Positions 28,599 to 36,764 of a DNA stretch of 50,652 nucleotides are shown here, in pieces. The DNA is taken from the NCBI GenBank assembly GCA_938042355.1, contig CALIRD010000133.1, positions 1 to 50,652 of the forward strand. The letters are read 5' to 3'. Source of the DNA: an uncultured Thiotrichales bacterium. GTDB lineage: Bacteria; Pseudomonadota; Gammaproteobacteria; CAZUMV01. Numbering within the stretch: the first letter of the stretch is position 1; every line of letters begins with the position of its first letter. Below the pieces are notes generated by a model. It saw nothing but the letters and a program-made list of their open reading frames with translations. It was not told the DNA's origin and made no database searches. A program made the translations under genes and the position numbers.

Positions 28599-29519
28599 TT
28601 AATCCAAATACTCTGGCGGTCTGGGCAACCAATGTCGGGCGACGATTGAATGACTGATAAAAACCCTGGCTCGCTCTTTTTTAGCAAGTGCTTCAAATGT
28701 ATCCATTGATCTCAACGTCATCGGAATATCAAAATTAAAAGCAGGTGTAATTCGACGCTCGCGGGATTGTTCAAAGTGATATAAATCACCGGTCAACAGC
28801 ACAGTACCGGCATTAATTAAATCTACTTTAAGCACACTGTGTCCGGGCGTATGGCCGGGCATTTCCAAAATTTCGACACTGCCATCACCAAAGACATCGT
28901 AGTTACCAGAAAATAACTCAACATTTTCATGTTCCAGCAGATGATAACGCTTAAAATCCGGTCTTTGTCTGGACTCATCAGAAAACATATGCTCGAATTC
29001 TGCTTTACTGAGAATCGTAGTCGACCCGCTAAACAAATTGGCATTTCCAACATGATCAAAGTGTGAGTGTGAAATAGAAAAATATTCAACATCACTGACC
29101 GACACACCCAAACTAACCAGTTGACTCTCCAGTGTAACCGGCACAAATTGTCGCGCTATGCCTTTTAGTTCTGCTGCGTCCGGATCAGGCTTACTGTGCA
29201 ACTCATCTGGCAGACCGGCATCCCAGAGCAAATCTCCTCGCGGATGCCGTATGAGAAAACAGGTAACCGGCATAATTCCGGAGACACCCTGGTACTCACC
29301 TTTGCTACCAAAAATATCAGCGTCCGGCACCTCAAGTGTGCCGCAATCCATGGCATAGAGTTTTACTACAGGAGCACTGGAATCTGCATTGATTGAAAAA
29401 GCATCTAATGTTGACCTCGTAGTACAGGCGGTAAAGCTCAGCGTTATTACCAAAACACCAAGATTTAATACAGCGCTCAAATTAATTCTTGAAACCAATG
29501 GCATACTCAGTCGCAACAA
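28599..29519 (-). CDS. Exported (lipoprotein-like) metallo-beta-lactamase-fold hydrolase, N-acyl-homoserine-lactonase-like
   Basis: HxHxDH (SHSHFDHVGN), PGHTPGH and LTGDLYH. N-terminus ...VLVITLSFTAC is lipobox-like. The start is either TTG 29519 or ATG 29504. Confidence 0.75.
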   Translation of the reverse strand: MLRLSMPLVSRINLSAVLNLGVLVITLSFTACTTRSTLDAFSINADSSAPVVKLYAMDCGTLEVPDADIFGSKGEYQGVSGIMPVTCFLIRHPRGDLLWDAGLPDELHSKPDPDAAELKGIARQFVPVTLESQLVSLGVSVSDVEYFSISHSHFDHVGNANLFSGSTTILSKAEFEHMFSDESRQRPDFKRYHLLEHENVELFSGNYDVFGDGSVEILEMPGHTPGHSVLKVDLINAGTVLLTGDLYHFEQSRERRITPAFNFDIPMTLRSMDTFEALAKKERARVFISHSIVARHWLPRPPEYLD

Positions 29520-30293
29520 CTATCGCGCCTGCATTCTAATACCACCATCCATACGAATCGTTTCTCCGTTGGTGTAATCATTCTCAACGACATACTTTGC
29601 CAGATGCGCAATCTCTTGTGGCTTACCCAGACGCTTGGGAAATAAAACACTGGATTCCAGCGCGGTAAAAATATTTTCAGGTAAACCATCAAATAATGGC
29701 GTGTGAATCAAACCCGGCGCCAATGTGTTTACACGTATTCCAAGCTCGGACAAGTCACGGGCAATACAAATTGTCATACCTATCAAACCACCTTTGGAAG
29801 CCGCGTAAGCTGATTGACCGATCTGACCTTCGTAACCAGCAACTGAAGCCGTGTTAGTAATGACACCCCGACAACCACAATCAGTGACGGGCTCTTGTTT
29901 TGCCATCTGAGCTGCAGCGAGGCGCAATACATTAAAGCTACCTACCAAATTCACATCAATCACTTTTTTCCAGTCATCCAGTGGATGAGGTACATGTTCT
30001 TTGCCGACAGTTTTGCAAGCACTGCCTATACCGGCAAAATTATTGCAAATATGTATAGCATTAAACTGTTCAACTGTATCAGCTATTGCCCTACTCACAC
30101 TATCTTCATCAGTTACATTCACATGACGATAAATAACTGTGTCGCCAAGCTCTTCAGCAATCGCACTACCTCGTTCTTCATTCATATCAAAGATGGCCAC
30201 CTGCGCACCAAGCTCTGCGTAGAGTCTGGCGGTTGCCTCGCCCAAACCTGATGCACCACCGGTAACTATCGCTACTTTATTTTCAATTTCCAT
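29520..30293 (-). CDS. SDR, 3-hydroxyacyl-CoA dehydrogenase type-2 (HSD10/FadB2x-like)
   Basis: VAIVTGGASGLGEAT, NTASVAGYEGQIGQSAYAASKGG and IRVNTLAPGLIHTPL. The stop abuts the downstream MBL ORF. Confidence 0.88.
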   Translation of the reverse strand: MEIENKVAIVTGGASGLGEATARLYAELGAQVAIFDMNEERGSAIAEELGDTVIYRHVNVTDEDSVSRAIADTVEQFNAIHICNNFAGIGSACKTVGKEHVPHPLDDWKKVIDVNLVGSFNVLRLAAAQMAKQEPVTDCGCRGVITNTASVAGYEGQIGQSAYAASKGGLIGMTICIARDLSELGIRVNTLAPGLIHTPLFDGLPENIFTALESSVLFPKRLGKPQEIAHLAKYVVENDYTNGETIRMDGGIRMQAR

Positions 30294-30617
30294 TTTTGCT
30301 CTCTATATAAACCAGTTATTGATGTAACAACAATCGCGATCATTTGTTAGTACTGCACAAAACTCTCGTGTCTATACTTATAGTGCATAGATAAAGAATC
30401 AAGCTTCAGCAGACTATCACGCAACATATTCGTTTTGAGCATGACAGATTTTTGGATCGCAATAAATCTCTTTTGATAACCCTAAGGCTAATGTATTTAT
30501 TAAATCCACTCATTACGGATATGACAAATGTCACCTTAAATTGATGACATTCCTCACTACGAATTTATGGTCAGGGTAATCAAAATATGGCCGTCATTCA
30601 CTAAATAAGGACTTACT

Positions 30618-31307
30618 ATGAAAAGCCTGAAATTTTTAATCGTTTCTACTTTGCTGCTAACGACGTCATTGTGGGCGAATCAACCGGCAATTGATGATGT
30701 TACTTTTGCCAGTTATACGGGTGATACAGAACGCCTCGAACTATTGTTGCAGACAGCAACTCCCGACACCTATGAGCGGGCCTATCTTGAATACCGACTG
30801 GGAGTAGATCATTACCGCCTGGGTAAGGCTGATTCGGCAGATAATTTCCTCAAAGACTCGATTGCCACTTTGAAAGAAGCAATTCGCAATGAACCCGACT
30901 CGGCTGAGTCTCATGCACTCATGAGTACAGCAATAGGAATGCGTATCAGCTTTAATCCTGTAATTCGAGGCATGACAATGGGTGCTGCATCGGACCGTGC
31001 TCTGGAGAAAGCAGAACTGCTGGATCCGGATAACCCTCGGGTTTTACTGATTAAGGGTATTGGTGCATTTAATACTCCGACATTGTTTGGTGGCGGTAAT
31101 AAAAAGGCCATGAATGCATTGGACAAGTCTATTAGCATCTATTCCGGCGATGCGTCTGGCTGGGGCCAGGCTGATGCCTATATTTGGCGAGGTCTGATAC
31201 ACAAGAGTAATGGTGATATTGATCGAGCGCGTGCAGATTTTTTCGAGGCACTCAGCGTGGCTCCTGAAAATGGCTGGGCAGCCTCACTACTCACAACACT
31301 AGAGTGA
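30618..31307 (+). CDS. Exported TPR-like protein
   Basis: Signal peptide MKSLKFLIVSTLLLTTSLWA|NQ. Helical-repeat sequence (YLEYRLGVDHYRLGK..., AYIWRGLIHKSNGDIDRARADFFEAL). Confidence 0.65.
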   Translation: MKSLKFLIVSTLLLTTSLWANQPAIDDVTFASYTGDTERLELLLQTATPDTYERAYLEYRLGVDHYRLGKADSADNFLKDSIATLKEAIRNEPDSAESHALMSTAIGMRISFNPVIRGMTMGAASDRALEKAELLDPDNPRVLLIKGIGAFNTPTLFGGGNKKAMNALDKSISIYSGDASGWGQADAYIWRGLIHKSNGDIDRARADFFEALSVAPENGWAASLLTTLE

Positions 31308-31326
31308 TACGTGTAAAATCATTGGT

Positions 31327-32412
31327 ATGAGACTTTTACCAAAAAACACCGGGATTGGTTGGCTGCCTTATGCGTGGCTAGCCTTTCTCGGTTTCTTTAT
31401 CTTCGGAATGTTTATCCCGCCAGTCACCGGTATAAAGATCTTTCTGAATCTGGCTGCTCTTGCTATTTTTGTAGTCACGTTTTTTCGCTGCTACTGGATT
31501 GACCACGGCAAACAACTCGCCCTGCCGATCAGCATCATTGTGGCGGTAGCCGTTAGTGCCTCGGTTATCAACCCGGGTGCTTCAGTTCTCTTTCACTACG
31601 CCAGTTTTTTCGCGGGACGCTTGGGTAATACAAAGCATAGTGTCATTACCATTGTAGCTATTCTGATCATCATAATTGTCTGCTGGTATTTTGGCGGACA
31701 CAGCTTGCAGTATCTTTTTACCGCCGGCCTGGTCAGCATTGCCCTGGGCATCATGGGCATTCAGATTTATCGCAGTGATATGATCCAGCGTCAGCTCAAC
31801 CAAAGTGAAGCTGAGAGAAAAGAGCTCGCAGTGATTGCCGAGCGCGAAAGAATTGCTCGTGATTTGCATGACATAGTTGGCCACGCCCTGACTGTAGTCT
31901 CATTAAAATCACAGGTTGCCCATAAAATGGTGGGTAGTGATCCTGACCAAGCACGTAATGAACTCGATGAAATCAGCACAATTGCGTCAGATGCTTTGAG
32001 TGAAGTGCGCAAGACTATTAATGATTATCGTCAGAGCGGCATTCAACGTGCTATTGATGATGCGGAACAAGCATTAAAAGCCGCGAATATCAAGGCTAAA
32101 TTCCGAGAGATAGATATTCCCGAGGACCTTGCCTCTGACCATGAACAGACTTTATCGATGGTACTCAAAGAAACCGTCACTAATGTGATTCGTCATTCGG
32201 GAGCGACTACCTGCGAGATTGCACTTCACAATAATCAAGAACAGACCATCATGACGGTAAACGACAACGGCGACGGTTTTAAAAGCAATGACGGGAATGG
32301 ACTTAAAGGAATCCGTGAACGCATAAACAGTGTTAACGGCTCTTTGACAATAAACAACGAGAATGGGACTAAAATTAAAGTTTGCATCCCCACCAAAACA
32401 GCCTATGAGTGA
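31327..32412 (+). CDS. Sensor histidine kinase, HisKA_3 (DesK/NarX-like) class
   Basis: N-terminal multi-TM region. H-box RERIARDLHDIVGHALT. ATPase boxes (VTNVIRHSGA, DNGDGF, GNGLKGIRERI). Confidence 0.88.
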   Translation: MRLLPKNTGIGWLPYAWLAFLGFFIFGMFIPPVTGIKIFLNLAALAIFVVTFFRCYWIDHGKQLALPISIIVAVAVSASVINPGASVLFHYASFFAGRLGNTKHSVITIVAILIIIIVCWYFGGHSLQYLFTAGLVSIALGIMGIQIYRSDMIQRQLNQSEAERKELAVIAERERIARDLHDIVGHALTVVSLKSQVAHKMVGSDPDQARNELDEISTIASDALSEVRKTINDYRQSGIQRAIDDAEQALKAANIKAKFREIDIPEDLASDHEQTLSMVLKETVTNVIRHSGATTCEIALHNNQEQTIMTVNDNGDGFKSNDGNGLKGIRERINSVNGSLTINNENGTKIKVCIPTKTAYE

Positions 32413-33013
32413 AATCCGGATATTAATTGTAGAAGATCAGACCATGCTCGCCAGCGCGCTTGCCACCTTGCTTGGGTACGAGAAGGATTTTCGAATTGTG
32501 GCTACCGCTGAAAATGGTGTGTCGGCGCTGGAAATACTTGCAGAGGAAAAAGTTGATCTGGTGTTGACAGATATTGAAATGCCGGAGATGGATGGAATTT
32601 CTCTGACTCAGGAAATCAGCAAAAAACACCCGTTAGTGCGCACCATAATCCTTACCACTTTTGCCCGCACAGGCTATCTGCAACGTGCCATGCAAGCTGG
32701 GGCAAATGGATATCTCCTCAAAGACAACAAGGTCGATGCTTTGGCGAATATAATCCACCAGATTTATGCCGGTGAAACGGTTGTTTCTCCCGAGCTTGCC
32801 ATTTCAAACTGGAATGCTAAAGATCCATTAACAGAACGCGAACGACAAATCTTGCGACTGATCGAAATCGGTGAACCTACCGCTAGAATCGCAACCGCAA
32901 TCAATTTATCTAAAGGCACTGTACGTAATTATTTATCAGAAGCGATTAGCAAACTGGACGCAAAAAACAGAATTGATGCAGCACGCATAGCTCGCAAGAA
33001 AGGCTGGCTCTAA
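32405..33013 (+). CDS. NarL/FixJ (LuxR-type HTH) response regulator
   Basis: IRILIVEDQ, DLVLTDIEMPEMDG. C-terminal LTERERQILRLIEIGEPTARIATAINLSKGTVRNYLS. ATG 32405 overlaps the kinase stop by 8 nt. Confidence 0.9.
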   Translation: MSEIRILIVEDQTMLASALATLLGYEKDFRIVATAENGVSALEILAEEKVDLVLTDIEMPEMDGISLTQEISKKHPLVRTIILTTFARTGYLQRAMQAGANGYLLKDNKVDALANIIHQIYAGETVVSPELAISNWNAKDPLTERERQILRLIEIGEPTARIATAINLSKGTVRNYLSEAISKLDAKNRIDAARIARKKGWL

Positions 33014-33060
33014 TCCTTGTGATCACCTAACTTACTTCTTAACGAATTTTTTGCTTACCG

Positions 33061-33924
33061 CTAGGCAAACATGCTGCGGCGATATTTAGAGGGTGTTTCC
33101 CCCGTATGACGCTTGAAGGCTTTTGTAAAAGCCACTACCGATTCATAACCAATCTTCTCTGCGATATCGGCTGGTCGTAAAGCTGAGGTTTGTAACAAGT
33201 CAATTGCGCGTTGCATACGCAAGTTGGTTAGATATTCAAACATGGGAACACCCACCAATTCGGTAAATCGTTTAGCTATACCTGAGCGTGACATACCTAT
33301 GTGCTCACCCAATGTTTGCAAAGTCCAGCTTTTCTCGGGTTCTGCATGCAGGCTCTCTAACGCTGTCGCAATTTTCTTGTCTTTTAAGGCTGTCAATAAA
33401 TTACGTTCTTCCACCATGCCAAAATTAATTCTCAATAACTCAACCACCATCACCTCGGTCAGTTTATTGACAATCAATTGCGAGCCAGGCGTGGTAGAAC
33501 GATACTCAAAACTCAACTGGTCGAGCACACTATTGAGCCAGCTTCGCTGTTGTAACTGGTCATTGCGGATAATGCTCATTCTGGGAAAAAGCGTACTCAA
33601 AGACCCATAGGCATGCTCTGTCACTTCACAATATCCACACATCAACAATGTCTCAGACTGATCGAGTGATATACCTTTTTCGGGCTGGTAACTTTCCAGA
33701 GTATGTGTCTCACCGGGACCCAGAAATATAAGATCTCCAGGCCCAAGTAAAAATTCGTTTTCTGCTGATATTACCCGACACGTCCCCTGACGTACCTGAT
33801 GAAAACTGGCGTGCTCCTGCCCTTCAAAGAGTTTACTCCACGGGTGCGCGAGCGCATCACAAAAATAGACACTACCTCGAGCCCTGAGACCCATTAAAAC
33901 ATCACTGAGAACATCAAATTCCAT
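33061..33924 (-). CDS. AraC-family regulator with N-terminal cupin (AraC_N/Cupin_6) domain, RclR-like architecture
   Basis: The N-terminus DVLSDVLMGLRARGSVYFCD parallels the RclR-type N-terminus as recalled. Cys22/49/96/99 are present. C-terminal AraC HTH (WTLQTLGEHIGMSRSGIAKRF...IAEKIGYESVVAFTKAFKRHTGETPSKYR). Confidence 0.8.
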   Translation of the reverse strand: MEFDVLSDVLMGLRARGSVYFCDALAHPWSKLFEGQEHASFHQVRQGTCRVISAENEFLLGPGDLIFLGPGETHTLESYQPEKGISLDQSETLLMCGYCEVTEHAYGSLSTLFPRMSIIRNDQLQQRSWLNSVLDQLSFEYRSTTPGSQLIVNKLTEVMVVELLRINFGMVEERNLLTALKDKKIATALESLHAEPEKSWTLQTLGEHIGMSRSGIAKRFTELVGVPMFEYLTNLRMQRAIDLLQTSALRPADIAEKIGYESVVAFTKAFKRHTGETPSKYRRSMFA

Positions 33925-34048
33925 TAATAATCCTGTAATTTACTCAATATTGGACGATTGGTAACTTTATTATGCACTTTTAGACATACATTATCCAAAT
34001 TAATTGGATCATTATAGTCACATATTCACAAAGCAAAAGGAACATAAA

Positions 34049-34327
34049 ATGTCACATATTGAAATTTACACAAAATCGTACTGCGGATACTGCCAACGCG
34101 CCAAGAAACTTCTGAAGCGAAAAGGACTGAGCTTTTACGAATATGAAATTACTCACGACGCGATCATGCGCGATGAAATGATCTCTCGCTCTGGTAGAAC
34201 GACGGTGCCGCAGGTTTTTATAGATGGGATTCATGTGGGAGGCGGTGAAGATCTGGCCAAAGCGAACGAGTCTGGCGAACTCGATCTGATACTCGGTTAT
34301 GTAAATGACGAGATTGCCTACGCATAA
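34049..34327 (+). CDS. grxC: Glutaredoxin (Grx3-like, atypical CGYC active site)
   Basis: IEIYTKSYCGYCQRAKKLLKRKG...SGRTTVPQVFIDGIHVGGGEDL is close to E. coli GrxC as recalled. AAGGAA lies 7 nt upstream of ATG 34049. Confidence 0.9.
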   Translation: MSHIEIYTKSYCGYCQRAKKLLKRKGLSFYEYEITHDAIMRDEMISRSGRTTVPQVFIDGIHVGGGEDLAKANESGELDLILGYVNDEIAYA

Positions 34328-34366
34328 GCTGTATCTAAACCCACCAAAATGAAAAAGGAGAAAAAC

Positions 34367-34861
34367 ATGGAAACAACAATTAATGACTCAAAAATTAGCA
34401 GTGCCCGCACTGCAACTCTAACGGATAAACTGACGTCTATTAGCGAAATAGCAACGCGTTACTCTGTGGTAATCGTACTAGCCTGGATCGGCGCCATGAA
34501 ATTTACCGCTTATGAAGCGGCTGCAATTCAAGGTCTGGTCGCTTCCAGCCCCTTCATATCATGGATTTATGGCATCCTGAGCGTTCAAGGAACCTCCAAT
34601 ATGATCGGAACAATCGAGATCATCACGGCAGCTGCAATTGCCTTCGGACATCTTAACAAACGTCTGGCAGTTGGCGGTGCATTGGCTGCAGTAGCTACCT
34701 TCACACTTACTCTAACTTTCTTGTTTAGTGCCCCGGGTTGGGAAGCAAGCCTTGGTGGATTCCCTGCTTTATCAGTTGTACCTGGACAATTCTTACTGAA
34801 AGATATTGTGCTACTAGCGGTCTCGTTTGGTTTGCTCGGCAAAGCATTATCAAGAGACTAA
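34367..34861 (+). CDS. DUF417 (YkgB/RclC-like) inner-membrane protein
   Basis: Four hydrophobic helices. WIGAMKFTAYEAAAIQGLVASSPFISW is the family-typical segment. AAGGAG lies 6 nt upstream of ATG 34367. Confidence 0.75.
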   Translation: METTINDSKISSARTATLTDKLTSISEIATRYSVVIVLAWIGAMKFTAYEAAAIQGLVASSPFISWIYGILSVQGTSNMIGTIEIITAAAIAFGHLNKRLAVGGALAAVATFTLTLTFLFSAPGWEASLGGFPALSVVPGQFLLKDIVLLAVSFGLLGKALSRD

Positions 34862-34903
34862 TCTAATACATTCAAATGCTAAGAAAGAAGTTTGTTAAGT
34901 CAC

Positions 34904-34927
34904 AAGGCCGCAATGGCGGCCTTTTTT
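34904..34927 (+). terminator. Rho-independent terminator after the grx-DUF417 pair
   Basis: AAGGCCGC-AATG-GCGGCCTT followed by TTTT. Confidence 0.85.
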
Positions 34928-35363
34928 AATACTGATGAATCAGTCTCAAGATGAACAAGATCTGTTTGTTGCTAATTTTTGCTTGGTTATTATTCAAACT
35001 CGTTGAGTAAAACTATCGCAATCAAGACAGCGCATGACTTACGCCCTTTGATTGCTTTTAATACAAATACTGCATGGATACTTGACCGTACCAACATCCT
35101 TTGTCTGAAGCTGTAACAAGGTTGAAGTCAATGGTACTGACTAAATGTTTATGCTCATGAATCTGCTAATTCTGGCTAAAAACAGACATAATCTATGATC
35201 AAAACGCTATAAGTTTCGATAATATTGATTGGATATCTTACTAATTAATCTACAATGATTGTGTGACAGAAAATGATGGGAGTTATTCTGCCACCTTGAT
35301 AGAGACATGTGACAACATTTACAAATGACTTCATAGAAAGTCAGTATCCGGGAGATTCATGAA

Positions 35364-36740
35364 TTGCCAATTAACACAAACAATCAGACAAAGCAGAACT
35401 TAATCTCTAAAGACCGTGCCTATGTCTGGCACCACTTGACTCAACATAGTGCCTTCGACAATAGCGATCCACTGATCATTGTCGAGGCTGAAGGCATGCA
35501 GCTTAAAGATGCGCATGGCAATATTATCCTTGATGCAACTTCGGGTGGATTGTGGACCGTCAACGTTGGCTATGGACGAGAACAAATTGCCAAAGCAATT
35601 GCCAAACAACTCACATCAATGCCGTTTTTTGCTGGTTATGGTGGCACTAAACCAGGCGCAGAATATGCCGAAGCATTACTAAAAAGAATGCCTGGGATGG
35701 GCCGTGTTTACTTTTCCAGCTCGGGCTCTGAAGCAAATGAAAAAGCATTCAAAATTGTCAGACAACTTTCGCACAAAAAATACGCTGGTAAAAAAAACAA
35801 AATAATTTACCGCGAGCGTGACTACCACGGCACGACCATCGCGACACTAAGTGCAACCGGGCAATTTGAGCGCAAAAACCAATATGGACCTTTTGTCCCT
35901 GACTTTGTCGAGATGCCACATTGCTGTGAATATCGTTGCCAGTATGAAGACAGCGATAACTATGGCGTTGATTCAGCCAATGAACTCAAAAAAATTATCT
36001 TAAAGGAGGGTGAAGAAAATATAGGCGCCGTGATTCTGGAACCGATAACAGCCGGTGGTGGCATTATTCCTGCACCGGATGGTTACTGGCAACGAATTCA
36101 ATCCATTTGCAGACAATACAATGTGCTACTGATTATTGATGAGGTGGTCTGTGGCTTGGGGCGTACGGGCAAGTGGTTTGGCTATCAGCACTATGATATA
36201 GAACCAGACATTGTCACTATGGCTAAAGGAGTTGCATCAGGCTATGCCGCCATTTCATGCACTGTGACTACTGAAGCCATCTTCGAAGAATTCAAGCAGG
36301 GAAACTCAAAACGTATGGATTACTTCCGGGACGTGTCAACTTTTGGAGGCTGCACGGCTGGTCCGACAGCTGCCCTACAATGCCTGAGAATACTGGAAGA
36401 AGAAAAACTGTTAGAGAATGCCAGCACGATTGGAGACTACCTAATGACTCGTTTGGTAGAGCTAAAAAGTAAACACGAGATCATTGGCGATGTCCGAGGC
36501 AAGGGACTACTGGCTGGACTTGAGCTGGTTGAAGATCGTCAAAGCAAAACACCAGTTGATGAATCCGTCATCATAAAAGTAGCGGCTCACTGTTTGAAAA
36601 ATGGAGTGTTGATTGGACGAACCAATCGCAGTTTTAAAGAATTCAATAATACCATTGCTTTATGCCCTGCATTGATTGCTACTACGCAAGACATCGATAT
36701 AATTGTTGCTGCAATAGATACAGCCATCAGCGAACTATAA
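35364..36740 (+). CDS. tpa: Class-III (omega) aminotransferase; likely taurine--pyruvate aminotransferase, based on linkage to xsc
   Basis: PLP-enzyme motifs: SGSEANEKAFK, DYHGTT, LLIIDEVVCGLGRTGKWFG, and MAKG (PLP Lys). TTG start with GGGAGA 7 nt upstream. Lies directly upstream of xsc. Confidence 0.7.
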   Translation: MPINTNNQTKQNLISKDRAYVWHHLTQHSAFDNSDPLIIVEAEGMQLKDAHGNIILDATSGGLWTVNVGYGREQIAKAIAKQLTSMPFFAGYGGTKPGAEYAEALLKRMPGMGRVYFSSSGSEANEKAFKIVRQLSHKKYAGKKNKIIYRERDYHGTTIATLSATGQFERKNQYGPFVPDFVEMPHCCEYRCQYEDSDNYGVDSANELKKIILKEGEENIGAVILEPITAGGGIIPAPDGYWQRIQSICRQYNVLLIIDEVVCGLGRTGKWFGYQHYDIEPDIVTMAKGVASGYAAISCTVTTEAIFEEFKQGNSKRMDYFRDVSTFGGCTAGPTAALQCLRILEEEKLLENASTIGDYLMTRLVELKSKHEIIGDVRGKGLLAGLELVEDRQSKTPVDESVIIKVAAHCLKNGVLIGRTNRSFKEFNNTIALCPALIATTQDIDIIVAAIDTAISEL

Positions 36741-36764
36741 AAATCTTTCTGGAGTATAACTATA

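Noticed and set aside
28472-28696. 74-aa minus-strand ORF spanning the photolyase/MBL intergenic region
   Set aside because: It overlaps the 3' end of the MBL gene in another frame and has no motif or RBS.
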